Source of the DNA: Syntrophomonadaceae bacterium | Lineage (GTDB): Bacteria; Bacillota; Dethiobacteria; DTU022 | Direction: 5' to 3' | Length of the DNA stretch: 64,000 nt | Assembly (NCBI GenBank): GCA_007119965.1 | Contig: SKOR01000075.1 | Location: forward strand, 9,471-73,470 | Shown: one piece after another, positions 9,024-18,633 of the stretch | Position numbering within the stretch: the first letter of the stretch is position 1 | How the letters are laid out: each line of letters begins with the position of its first letter | Translations under genes and position numbers: made by a program | Notes under the pieces: model-generated | Databases searched by the model: none | Seen by the model: only the letters and a program-made list of their open reading frames with translations | Told to the model about the DNA's origin: nothing

Positions 9024-10622
9024 ATGGCGGACAAAGAATATATAATTTATACTGACGGAGCCTGTTCAGGCAACCCCGGCCCGGGCGGCTGGGGTGCTGT
9101 GATCATGCATGGCGGCAGTGTTCAGGAAATCAGCGGGAAGGCGGATGAAACTACCAACCAGCGCATGGAACTGCAGGCTGCTGTGGAAGCGCTGCGCACG
9201 GTCCCACCCGGCAGCAGGGTCAAGCTCCACAGTGACAGCGCGTACCTGGTAAACTGTTTTAACCAGGGCTGGATGAAACGCTGGCTGAGAAACGGCTGGC
9301 GGAACAGTAAGGGAAACCAGGTTGAAAATCAGGATCTCTGGAAGCAGCTCCTTGAGCTTTCCGAAACAAACACGGTGGAGTGGATCAAGGTAAAGGGACA
9401 CAGTTCCGATCAGCTCAACCAGCGCTGCGACCAGCTGGCCAGCGAAGCTATTCAGCCTGATAAAAACAGCAGCAGCCGGGAAGAAAATACGCCTCCCGGG
9501 ATTGAGTACAGGGAAAGCCTGGGCAAAAACAGGGGCCGCAAAACAAAGCGCCTCGGGTTGTTGACCGGTGGCGGAGACTGCCCCGGTCTGAATGCGGTGA
9601 TCAGGGCTGTTGTCAAAGGGGCTGAAAATAAATATAATATCGAATCAGTCGGTTTTAATAACGGTTTTAAAGGCCTGGTAGAAAATGACGCTGCACTGCT
9701 TGAAGACCTTGCGGTCTCAGGTATCCTCAACCGGGGAGGTACTATACTCGGCACATCCAACCGCGATAACCCCTTTGATTTTAAGCCCGGGGGCTCTGAT
9801 TACCTGGAAACCGGTGAAGATCGTTCTGCCGATGCTGTCGAAAATCTCAACAAATGGGATATTGATGGGTTGGTCGTGATTGGCGGCGATGGCAGTTTAC
9901 TGCTTGCTCACCGATTCAGCGAGCTCGGCGTTCCGATAATCGGCATTCCCAAAACGATCGACAACGACCTGCCTGCGACCGATCTTACTTTCGGTTTCGA
10001 TTCTGCGGTCACTACCGCTACCGAAGCAATAGATAAAATTCATACTACGGCTGAATCACATCACCGCGTTATGGTGGTTGAGGTAATGGGCCGCCATGCC
10101 GGGTGGATCGCCCTGCAGGCCGGAATGGCCGGCGGCGGCGATATTATTCTCATCCCTGAGCTGCCCTTTGAATATTCTTACATCGTCGCGAAAATCATGG
10201 AGCGCCGCCAAAGAGGTAAAAAATTCAGTATCATTGTTGTCGCCGAGGGAGCTTTTCCGGCAGGGGAAGAACCAATTTACCAGCAAAAGGGTGACGTTAA
10301 GAGGCTCGGTGGCATAGGACTGTTGGTTTCGCGTGAAATTGAGAAGCGCACTAATATGGAAAGCAGGGCTACGGTGTTGGGTCACCTGCAGCGGGGCGGC
10401 AGCCCGACTGCTTTTGATCGGGTTTTAGCCACCAGGTTTGGGGTTAAAGCAGTTGATCTGTTTCAAAATGGCCGTTTTAACGAAATGGTTTGCCTGAGGG
10501 GAAACCAGGTTGAATCGGTTGCTCTTGATCAAGCCGTGAAGGGCACCAAAAGGGTTGATCCCGACAGCGAGCAGGTCCTTACTGCCCTGGCCGTCGGAAC
10601 TTCTTTCGGCCATCCCCTTTAA
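9024..10622 (+). CDS. Single ORF encoding an N-terminal RNase HI domain fused in frame to a complete 6-phosphofructokinase (PfkA family)
   Basis: Residues 1-145 are RNase H, with the DEDD catalytic residues present (TDGAC / MELQA / HSDSAY / CDQLA). A 30-aa basic linker follows. Residues 177-532 are PFK (KRLGLLTGGGDCPGLNA, GGDGS, PKTIDND, MGR, GGSP). There is no in-frame stop between the two domains. RBS aggagg lies upstream of the ATG at 9024. Confidence 0.7.
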   Translation: MADKEYIIYTDGACSGNPGPGGWGAVIMHGGSVQEISGKADETTNQRMELQAAVEALRTVPPGSRVKLHSDSAYLVNCFNQGWMKRWLRNGWRNSKGNQVENQDLWKQLLELSETNTVEWIKVKGHSSDQLNQRCDQLASEAIQPDKNSSSREENTPPGIEYRESLGKNRGRKTKRLGLLTGGGDCPGLNAVIRAVVKGAENKYNIESVGFNNGFKGLVENDAALLEDLAVSGILNRGGTILGTSNRDNPFDFKPGGSDYLETGEDRSADAVENLNKWDIDGLVVIGGDGSLLLAHRFSELGVPIIGIPKTIDNDLPATDLTFGFDSAVTTATEAIDKIHTTAESHHRVMVVEVMGRHAGWIALQAGMAGGGDIILIPELPFEYSYIVAKIMERRQRGKKFSIIVVAEGAFPAGEEPIYQQKGDVKRLGGIGLLVSREIEKRTNMESRATVLGHLQRGGSPTAFDRVLATRFGVKAVDLFQNGRFNEMVCLRGNQVESVALDQAVKGTKRVDPDSEQVLTALAVGTSFGHPL

Positions 10623-11446
10623 ATCCGCGGCGATACTGAAAAAAGGATAAAGACCATTAGCGCGGCATATAAGATCATGATCCCGCCGGCTGCCAGATCA
10701 ACCCTGCCCATGTGCAGGGTTTTCATTTTAGTCCGTCCTTTTCCGCCGCTATAGCTTCTCGCTTCCATCGCTACAATCAACTCTTCCGCCCGCTTAAAAG
10801 CATTTATAAAGAGAGGCAGAAAAACTGGAAATATTTTCCGTGTTTTTTGAATGAAATTACCACGATCAAAAGCAACCCCCCTGGCCATCTGGGCTTTTAC
10901 AATCTTGTCGAGTTCTTCGGCCAGGATCAGGACAAAGCGCAGGGCAATAACCATGGTCATTACCAGTTCCTGTGACGGCAGGCCAATTTTCCGAAGTGGG
11001 TTAAGCAGGCTTTCCAATCCATCTGTCAGGCTTACTATAGAAGTGGTCAGTGTAAGCATGGTGGTAACGGTAAACAGGAAGAGGACCCGCAGGGTAATCA
11101 TATTGCCCATGTGCAGCCCTGTATCGGTAGCTGTAAAAATAAACCAGGAAAATAAGACCTCTGCATCAGGAGTGGAGTATAAAAACAGCTGGAAAACCCA
11201 CATCAGGATCAACACGGGAAGCATTGGTTTGAGGCCGCAGAGGGCGAACCTGGGGGGTATGCCGGCAAAATAAATTATAGCGGCGGTAAATATAAAGAAA
11301 ACCCCGTAAGCTTCATAAGATCTAATGAAGAGCAGCAAGATAATCAACAGGGTGGTGGCAATTATTTTTGTCCTCGGGTCTAAGCGGTGGATCGATGTTT
11401 CACCGGGCAGGTAAATGCCCAGGGTAATATTCTTGGTCAGTTCCAC
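10619..11446 (-). CDS. ecfT: ECF transporter transmembrane (T) component
   Basis: CbiQ/EcfT family membrane protein that is the last gene of an S-A1-A2-T operon. Its start overlaps the ecfA2 stop. Confidence 0.85.
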   Translation of the reverse strand: MELTKNITLGIYLPGETSIHRLDPRTKIIATTLLIILLLFIRSYEAYGVFFIFTAAIIYFAGIPPRFALCGLKPMLPVLILMWVFQLFLYSTPDAEVLFSWFIFTATDTGLHMGNMITLRVLFLFTVTTMLTLTTSIVSLTDGLESLLNPLRKIGLPSQELVMTMVIALRFVLILAEELDKIVKAQMARGVAFDRGNFIQKTRKIFPVFLPLFINAFKRAEELIVAMEARSYSGGKGRTKMKTLHMGRVDLAAGGIMILYAALMVFILFSVSPRI

Positions 11447-12312
11447 TAGTCACTCACCTGCCCTTTCTGCAGGTTTTCGGCAATTGACTGCAGGGCTTCT
11501 TCCAAATTTAAAATAGCGTCGGGAAGGTTATAGCCGCATGAACTTAAGCGGTCAGTAATGGTCATAATCTCCGGCAGTTCCAGGCCGATTGCCTTAAGCC
11601 GGGCAGACTGCCGGAAAACTTCCCTTGTTGCAGAGTTAAAAGCAACCCGGCCCCGGTCAACGACAATAATTCTCTCGGCCAGTTCAGCTACCTCGTCCAT
11701 GCTGTTCGAAATGAAGATGATGGTGATTTTTTCATTGCAGTGCAGCTTTCTGACTACCTCTAGTATTTCTTCCCGGCCGCGCGGGTCAAGGCCTGCCGTG
11801 ATGTCATCCAAAACCAGGATTCTCGGTTTGCAGGCTAATACCCCGGCAATAGCGGCCCGCCTTTTTTGGCCCCCGCTTAAGGCAAATATGTCGCGGTTAT
11901 AAAAATTGTTGTAGTCAAGGCCGACCTGGGCCATAACTTCTTCAACCCTGTTTTCTACTTCTGCCGGTTTCAGGTTTTGGTTTATTGGTCCGAAAGCAAT
12001 ATCTTCGCCCACGGTGGGGGCAAATAACTGGTAATCGGGGTTTTGAAAAACATAACCGACTTCGTGCCTCAGGCTGATCAGGTCTGCTTTCTTGTCTGTC
12101 GTGTCACAGCCGTTAACGGTAACCCTGCCCTGCTGAGGGACAAAAAGGGCATTAAAATGCTGGGCCAAAGTTGTTTTGCCCGATTGGGTAGGTCCGATAA
12201 GCCCGATAAACTCACCATCTTCGATGCGCAGGCTGATATCATGGAGCACCTTTTTTTCAAAAGGGGTCCCCTTCTTATAGCTATGGCAGAGTTCGGTTAC
12301 TTCAATCGGCAT
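11446..12312 (-). CDS. ecfA2: ECF transporter ATPase subunit A2
   Basis: Walker A (GPTQSGKTT), ABC signature (LSGGQKRR) and Walker B (ILVLDD). Confidence 0.85.
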   Translation of the reverse strand: MPIEVTELCHSYKKGTPFEKKVLHDISLRIEDGEFIGLIGPTQSGKTTLAQHFNALFVPQQGRVTVNGCDTTDKKADLISLRHEVGYVFQNPDYQLFAPTVGEDIAFGPINQNLKPAEVENRVEEVMAQVGLDYNNFYNRDIFALSGGQKRRAAIAGVLACKPRILVLDDITAGLDPRGREEILEVVRKLHCNEKITIIFISNSMDEVAELAERIIVVDRGRVAFNSATREVFRQSARLKAIGLELPEIMTITDRLSSCGYNLPDAILNLEEALQSIAENLQKGQVSD

Positions 12313-13136
12313 AAGCAGTCAATAATCTCCTCGGTTTGGATGATATCTTCCGGTACTTCTATTCCCCGGGAACGCAGGCCCCGGGCCAGTTGGGCAGCAA
12401 CCGGTAAATCAAGGCCCAGGCTGATGATCTGCTCTCTCCGGCGAAATACCTCGCCGGGGGAACCCTCCATCTTAATGACACCCTGGTCCATAACAATCAT
12501 CCTGTTACAGTGGACAGCTTCGTTCATAAAGTGGGTCAGCAAAACAGTGGTAATCCCTTCTTCCCGGTTCAGGTGAAGAATGCTGTCTAGAACGCCTCGT
12601 CTGCCGCGCGGGTCCAGGTGGGCCGTCGGTTCATCAAGGACAATACAGCGCGGTTTCATCGCTATAACACCGGCAATGGCTACAAGTTGTTTCTGTCCTT
12701 CAGATAACTGGTTGGGGGATTCACTGCGTAAATCCTGCAGGCCCAGAGTTTCGAGGGCATACTCGACCCTGTCTCTGATAACTGCGGGGGTCAGGCCTAA
12801 ATTTTCAGGCCCGAAGGCGATATCTTCTTCGACAATGCTGCTAATCAACTGGTTATCGGGGTTTTGAAAAACCATGCCAACTATTTTTCGGATTTCCGGA
12901 ATATTTTCTTTCTCGGCAACCGAGAGGCCTTCAACTAAGACTTTTCCTGCCTTTGGTGTTAGCAGGCCGTTAAAGTGGCGGGCCAGGGTCGATTTCCCCG
13001 ACCCGTTTTGGCCGGTAATGGCCAGTATTTCTCCACGGTTAACCTGCAGGTTGATCCCGTTTAAAGCCTGCACCTCTTTACCGCTGCCCGCACGGTAAGT
13101 GTAGGACAGGTCAACTGCTTCGATTAAAGGATTCAA
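12297..13136 (-). CDS. ecfA1: ECF transporter ATPase subunit A1
   Basis: Walker A (GQNGSGKST), ABC signature (LSEGQKQ) and Walker B (IVLDEPT). Overlaps ecfA2 by 16 nt. Confidence 0.85.
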   Translation of the reverse strand: MNPLIEAVDLSYTYRAGSGKEVQALNGINLQVNRGEILAITGQNGSGKSTLARHFNGLLTPKAGKVLVEGLSVAEKENIPEIRKIVGMVFQNPDNQLISSIVEEDIAFGPENLGLTPAVIRDRVEYALETLGLQDLRSESPNQLSEGQKQLVAIAGVIAMKPRCIVLDEPTAHLDPRGRRGVLDSILHLNREEGITTVLLTHFMNEAVHCNRMIVMDQGVIKMEGSPGEVFRRREQIISLGLDLPVAAQLARGLRSRGIEVPEDIIQTEEIIDCLCRLK

Positions 13137-13229
13137 ACCTGAACATCCCCTTAATTATGCATTGCATTAAAATCTGAGCGATCCGGGCTGTTCGGTGCCT
13201 GGCATGTCAGCCCGGGTGAAACCATGCTG

Positions 13230-13754
13230 TTAATCTTCTGTTGTCCTGATCCGCTGGATGCCCTTTACCAGGATTACCGTTAAGATTGCAGCAATTACCA
13301 GTTCGGGAACACCGTGCAAGACGCCGATTGATATTGAAACTTCAGGGGGCAGGTAGCCCCTCCAGGTAGCCATCCCCAAAACAAGGACCGTGTTGGTAAT
13401 CGAACCTAAAGCTCCTGCTAAAATACAGGCCAGGGCCTTGTTGATTCTTTTGGTTGAGTAATAAACCAGGAATGCGACAACGCCGATAAAAAGACGGGGC
13501 AGGACTGAAACCAGGGGGTCGGCAAAAAAAGGTGCGCCGGGCTGCAGAAAACTAAACAGCCCAAAGATAACCCCTGTAATCAAGCCCACTACCGGCCCTT
13601 CAAGAATTCCACCCAGGATTACCGGTATATGCATAATTGTGGCATGTCCGGCAGGGGTGGGGACAGGGATAAACCCCAGCCGTGTGACACCCAGCAGGAT
13701 CGATATCGCCCCGAGGATTCCTGATATGACAATTTTGCGGACGGATAAGTTCAA
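13230..13754 (-). CDS. ECF transporter substrate-capture (S) component, substrate unknown (TTG start)
   Basis: 174-aa protein with 5-6 TM helices, placed immediately upstream of ecfA1-ecfA2-ecfT. RBS aaagggag lies 9 nt upstream of the TTG. Confidence 0.6.
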   Translation of the reverse strand: MNLSVRKIVISGILGAISILLGVTRLGFIPVPTPAGHATIMHIPVILGGILEGPVVGLITGVIFGLFSFLQPGAPFFADPLVSVLPRLFIGVVAFLVYYSTKRINKALACILAGALGSITNTVLVLGMATWRGYLPPEVSISIGVLHGVPELVIAAILTVILVKGIQRIRTTED

Positions 13755-13970
13755 TTTTAACAGCTCCCTTTTATGCGGTGATTAACCAAAATTATGTTCT
13801 ACATATTAACGGGCGAATCCTTTAATAAATTAAGCTTGTCAGAGGATGCTCATTAATGCTGACCTAGATATTATAATAGCTGCAGGAGGAATAATACAGC
13901 TTATTGAAGAATTTATTAAAAACTATTGATTTATAATGATGATCATATTCCAACAAAGGGGCAAAAGCAG

Positions 13971-14393
13971 ATGTTTAAGCATTACACTATCCTTATGATT
14001 ATTCTTTTTGCAATTATCAGTTTCGGCATTTCCTGCAGCAGCAATGATGCTGAAACCAGGACGCCGGGCAGTACCTCTGTCGGCGGCGCCAATATATTAA
14101 CGGGTCCCGAAGTAAATGAAGATCTTGAAATAACCGAAACACAGACAAGCTTTGAACCCAACCAGGAATTCTATTTTCATTTTCACAACAATATGCCTTT
14201 CAATTCAGAACTGGTAACCGTTCAGCTTGTCGGCAACAGTGATGAAAAGATCCTGGCTGAAAGCGATTATGAGGTTGATCCTGAGGATGCCGAACTGACT
14301 GATAAAATATGGTTTGGCAGCAGGGGTATGCACACCATCATAGTTATGGTTGATGGTGAAACCAGGGCTACCCGGGAGGTCCTGATCGAGTAG
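13971..14393 (+). CDS. Small secreted lipoprotein, hypothetical
   Basis: Signal peptide with lipobox (FGISC). RBS aaagggg lies 8 nt upstream of the ATG at 13971. The longer ORF from 13926 is less likely. Confidence 0.5.
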   Translation: MFKHYTILMIILFAIISFGISCSSNDAETRTPGSTSVGGANILTGPEVNEDLEITETQTSFEPNQEFYFHFHNNMPFNSELVTVQLVGNSDEKILAESDYEVDPEDAELTDKIWFGSRGMHTIIVMVDGETRATREVLIE

Positions 14394-14450
14394 CATAATG
14401 CCTGCACGGCAAACCCTGCTGTGTGAGTGTGCATAAGCTGAAATTTTACG

Positions 14451-14479
14451 AGGTCATGCTCCGGCATGACCTTTTTTTG
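14451..14479 (+). terminator. Rho-independent terminator
   Basis: aggtcatgc / gcatgacct is a 9-bp stem with loop tccg, followed by a 7-T run. Confidence 0.65.
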
Positions 14480-14693
14480 TTGCCAGAAAAATATTACAGG
14501 AAGCAGGAATTTTGAGCTGCCCGTCGAAAATTAAATTGCAATACATATGCATATAAAAAGTTTAATGATCAAGATTGCTGTCTGTTTTCTGCCTTTAATA
14601 ATTATCAAAGGGGGTGTTCTGCCGGGAAGGGGCGCTTTGTCAGCAGCTGTTAAATCACACCAGGGAATACAATAAAATGAAAAGGATCAAAAA

Positions 14694-16631
14694 ATGACTA
14701 AAACTAAATACTTAAGAGCTCTAGCAATGCTGATATTACCGTGTTTTCTGTTGGTCTCACTCTCGTCGCCGCTCGTTTTAGCAGATGCATTATCGACAAA
14801 TGACCACGCGGAAGGCGAAGAGCCGCATCCTGTAACCCCGGCGCCTTCTGCAGCGCATGGGCCGGGGGCGTGCAGCAGCGGAGAGGATCAGGATGTTAAT
14901 CCACCAGCCGGGGGTTCTGTTGATCAGCCTGATTCAGGGAAACAGGGCTTTCAGGCCGGATTGGTCAGCCCTGAAGGGCTGCAACCTGAAGTAACGCAAG
15001 CCGAGGAATTGCAAAGTGATCCTGCACCGGCAGAAAGCGAAAGCTGCCCGGATCATAATAGAGCACCGGCCAGTAAGGAACCCGGAGTTGAGTGGGAAGA
15101 CAGCCTGGATTATAAAGGGCAAAAGACCGAAACAGGGGATACCCCGGACCGGGAAAGTGAAGATGTTGAAAATAAGCTGGAAATTAATGGTTCCGAAAAA
15201 ATAGGCCCGGAAAAAGCAGGCGTATTAACTGCAAATGATGGAAACAAAGAAAAAGAGAGCAGCAGCAGGGCTCTTGAGCATACAGGGAACCAGCTGCAAT
15301 TTAACGCTCCTGGGGCGGACCTGCAAGAGGCTGGCAGTTTTGTAAAGATCGAGACCCCTGAAGATTTGGATAAGATCAGGGATAACCTTAGCGGCCATTT
15401 CAAACTGATGGCCGATATCAGCTTAAGCGGTAACTGGTCTCCGATTGGAAGCAGTGAAACCGGTAACCAATTCAGCGGTATGTTTGATGGGCAGAATCAC
15501 ACGATCAGCGGTCTTTTGATTAATAACGGCAGTATGCCTGCCGACAAGTACGTCGGCCTATTCGGTTACGCAAGCGGCGCCACAATAAAAAATCTTAATC
15601 TCGACGGTGTTACAGTGTACGGCGATGAGTATGTCGGCGGCCTGGTCGGTTATGCCCGCGGCACAGTAATTTCAAACTGTTCGGTGAGCGGTACAGTAAC
15701 CGGAACGGGCAATTTTGTCGGTGGCCTGGCCGGCAGCTTGAGTTCTATATTAAGCGTTTCGTCGCAAATATCGGCTTCATCGGTACATTGCCATGTGACA
15801 GGGAAACTTGGCGTCGGAGGTTTGGCCGGCTATGTTGGCCCCACGTGTAGTATTGATAATTCTTATGCCAGTGGAGAAGTAACCGGGGAAAATTATGCAG
15901 GAGGACTGACCGGGCAGCTGGCAAAAGATTCCTCGCTTATGAACAGTTATTCAGCAGTAAATGTAAATGAAGGGGCCCCAACTGCAAAAGATATCGGCAA
16001 CCTGGCCGGACTCACCCATCCAACAGCTGCGATTAACAGCAGCAGCAATTACTGGTATTCTGCAGAAGGCGGCCAGGTTGAAGCTCCTGCGGGGTTGTCC
16101 CTGGATGCCGGGCAAATGAGGCAGCAGGGAAATTTTGCCGGTTGGTGCTTTGAACAGATCTGGGTAATGGAAGATAGTCTCGGTTACCCGGTTTTAGCAT
16201 GGCAGGTGCCAGATCCTGAACCGGGTGTGACTCCTGAACCGGATCCCGGTCTGAATCCAGGTCCGGTTCCAGGCTTAAAGCCGGGCTGTGGAGGCAGCTT
16301 TATTTTAAGCCGGGAGCCGGTTCCACTCAGCGGACTGGCCCTGAAAATCAGCCATGTATTGAACAACCATTTGAAAACAGCGCAGGAGTTAATCGGCGCC
16401 ATGCTGGAAGGGACAGAAGAAGTAACTGCTGAAAACCTTGAATTGGTCAAAATGGAGCTGGCGAAGGTAGAACTGATCCTGGTTTTGTACCGGGATTATG
16501 TACCGGTGACGGAAAGAGAGCTCATTCTTGAGCAGATTGCGGTAATTATGGAGGCAGTCGGGAGCCTTGAAAAAAGCAGGTTAGCTCAACCGGCAGCTGT
16601 AAATTACGGCCGTGGCATCGTTCCTGCCTGA
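14694..16631 (+). CDS. Secreted GLUG-motif repeat protein with acidic low-complexity N-region, Pro-rich linker and C-terminal helical domain
   Basis: Signal peptide present. The core has repeated GGL(A/V/T)G units (YVGGLVGYARG, FVGGLAGSL, GVGGLAGYVG, YAGGLTGQL) like GLUG motifs, followed by a PEPGVTPEPDPGLNPGPVPGLKPG linker. Confidence 0.55.
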   Translation: MTKTKYLRALAMLILPCFLLVSLSSPLVLADALSTNDHAEGEEPHPVTPAPSAAHGPGACSSGEDQDVNPPAGGSVDQPDSGKQGFQAGLVSPEGLQPEVTQAEELQSDPAPAESESCPDHNRAPASKEPGVEWEDSLDYKGQKTETGDTPDRESEDVENKLEINGSEKIGPEKAGVLTANDGNKEKESSSRALEHTGNQLQFNAPGADLQEAGSFVKIETPEDLDKIRDNLSGHFKLMADISLSGNWSPIGSSETGNQFSGMFDGQNHTISGLLINNGSMPADKYVGLFGYASGATIKNLNLDGVTVYGDEYVGGLVGYARGTVISNCSVSGTVTGTGNFVGGLAGSLSSILSVSSQISASSVHCHVTGKLGVGGLAGYVGPTCSIDNSYASGEVTGENYAGGLTGQLAKDSSLMNSYSAVNVNEGAPTAKDIGNLAGLTHPTAAINSSSNYWYSAEGGQVEAPAGLSLDAGQMRQQGNFAGWCFEQIWVMEDSLGYPVLAWQVPDPEPGVTPEPDPGLNPGPVPGLKPGCGGSFILSREPVPLSGLALKISHVLNNHLKTAQELIGAMLEGTEEVTAENLELVKMELAKVELILVLYRDYVPVTERELILEQIAVIMEAVGSLEKSRLAQPAAVNYGRGIVPA

Positions 16632-16640
16632 TTATTATTA

Positions 16641-16991
16641 ATGACAGGCAGGAATAATAGTAACCTTGTTGAATTAGCAGGAAGATGTCCAGCCGTTACT
16701 AAGCTGGAAAACTGTCCTGGAGGTATCAATAAAATGATTTTCAAGGTGCGCTTAGCCCTTGTAGCCCTGATTGTGCTGGTTATGTTTGTTTTGCATAACA
16801 GCTTCTGGCTTTGGGATCTCGACAGCCGGGTTCCGCTGCTTTTTGATTTTATGCCTTTTGCTTTTTCATTTTATGTCGGCTATGCAGTGCTGGCTGTAAT
16901 TGCAATGAAGGTTATTATCGCCATAGCCTGGCCCGAACCGCCTGCAGATTTGTTCCAACAGGCAGGAGAGAAGGAGCCAGTTGAAAAATGA
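16641..16991 (+). CDS. Small two-TM membrane protein, accessory to the downstream symporter (DUF997/YhdT-like arrangement); true start may be the internal Met at about 16755
   Basis: Two hydrophobic helices. Its stop overlaps the symporter start by 4 nt. Confidence 0.45.
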   Translation: MTGRNNSNLVELAGRCPAVTKLENCPGGINKMIFKVRLALVALIVLVMFVLHNSFWLWDLDSRVPLLFDFMPFAFSFYVGYAVLAVIAMKVIIAIAWPEPPADLFQQAGEKEPVEK

Positions 16992-18511
16992 TCACTACCC
17001 TGGGAATAATCATTATTGTCCTTTATTTTTCTGTGCTGATCGGAATCGGTATTTACGGGGCCAGGGTAAGCCTGAAGACCAGGGAAGATTATTTCCTGGC
17101 CGGGCGCGGCCTGGGCAGCATTGCCGTTTTTATGGCGCTCTTTGCCAGTAATATAACTGCTTTTACTATTATTGGCCATGCCGGTTTTTCTTATGAGGTA
17201 GGGTACGGCGCTTACGGCTATGTGATCGGTTGGAGTATTTTTATAACTCCCTTTACCTTCTACCTGGTTGGTTACCGATCCTGGCTTCTCGGTAAGCGTT
17301 ACGGCTATGCCACCCAGCCCCAGGTTTTCGGCGGCATTTTTAACAGCAAACTGGTAGCCCTTATTTTCCTGGTTTTATTGCTCTACTACACCTTGCCTTA
17401 CCTGGTGGTCAGCATCATCGGGGGCAGCCTTGCTTTTACCACTATTAGCGATGGTGCAGTCCCCTACTGGATTTCATCTTTGGTTATAATCTGCATATCA
17501 TTAATCTATACTATCCCCGCGGGTTTGAGAGGCACGGTTTGGACCGATATTTTTCAGGGAACCCTGTTCCTGGCCGTAGCAGTGCTGCTTCTTGGTGCGG
17601 TTGCCCAGGCCCTGGGCGGGTTCTCCGCGGTTACCGAAAGGATTGTTGAGGCTAACCCTGCTATGCTGCAAAGGGGCCTTTCGGAGCAGATTGCCCCGAT
17701 AAATTGGTTCAGCTTCTCTTTTATCAACTCCATTGCCGTAATTGTTTTTCCCCAGATGTTCACGCGGATCCTGGCCGCTCGACAGCCCGGCAATTTAAAA
17801 CGGGTCAGCCTATATTATCCTCTGGCCATGGCTGGAATTTTTGCCGTTTCCACCCTGCTCGGGGTGTGGGGTTCGGCAGCGGTCCCCGGTTTAACGGGGA
17901 AAGACGCTGATAATATCGTGCCGCTCTTAATTCATCGCTTTCTTTCACCGACCTGGATGATCCTGGGTCTGCTCGTTATCCTGGCCGTGGTCAAATCATC
18001 GATCGATTCCCAGCTGCTTTCTTTCACACACCTGGTTACCGATGATTTGCTGCCCCGCCTGAAACGTATTTCTTCCAGCCAGGCGGTTCTCTGGGGACGG
18101 ATTTTGCTGGTAATATTTGCAATTGCAGCTTATTTTATTGCCCTGGTCCGCCCGGCTGCCATATTGAGTATTGCCGCCTTTGCTTTCTCCGGCTTTTCAG
18201 TGATGCTTCCGGTGATGATCGGGGCCCTTTACTGGCCGCGGGCTAATAAATACGGCGCCTGTGCCGCCCTTGTATTTCCGGCGATTATGCTGCACTTATG
18301 GTACCTGGGTGTTTTGCCGGAATGGACAACTTTTGGTTTTATGCCCGTATTCCCGGCTTTTATCCTTGCCATTGTTACCCTTATTGCCGTATCGTATGCA
18401 ACTGCGCCCCCGCCGCCTGAACAGCGGGAAAAGACTTTCGGTATTTTTGATCGGGTTTTTAAATATGAAGAACCTGAGGCAGGAGAAACGGCCCGGGTGA
18501 AGAGCAGGTAA
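16988..18511 (+). CDS. Sodium:solute symporter family (SSS; PutP/PanF/ActP-like) transporter
   Basis: About 13 TM helices and an N-terminal SSS signature (REDYFLAGRGLGS...). Confidence 0.8.
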   Translation: MITTLGIIIIVLYFSVLIGIGIYGARVSLKTREDYFLAGRGLGSIAVFMALFASNITAFTIIGHAGFSYEVGYGAYGYVIGWSIFITPFTFYLVGYRSWLLGKRYGYATQPQVFGGIFNSKLVALIFLVLLLYYTLPYLVVSIIGGSLAFTTISDGAVPYWISSLVIICISLIYTIPAGLRGTVWTDIFQGTLFLAVAVLLLGAVAQALGGFSAVTERIVEANPAMLQRGLSEQIAPINWFSFSFINSIAVIVFPQMFTRILAARQPGNLKRVSLYYPLAMAGIFAVSTLLGVWGSAAVPGLTGKDADNIVPLLIHRFLSPTWMILGLLVILAVVKSSIDSQLLSFTHLVTDDLLPRLKRISSSQAVLWGRILLVIFAIAAYFIALVRPAAILSIAAFAFSGFSVMLPVMIGALYWPRANKYGACAALVFPAIMLHLWYLGVLPEWTTFGFMPVFPAFILAIVTLIAVSYATAPPPPEQREKTFGIFDRVFKYEEPEAGETARVKSR

Positions 18512-18633
18512 AATTAAGGCAGCTTTCATTTACCCAAAGCGGACAGAACCGGGGAGAGACTGACAAAAAGTTTCTTTTAACCGGCATATGCCAGCAGCTA
18601 CACTATAAAAACTAATGATAACAGACGACACTA

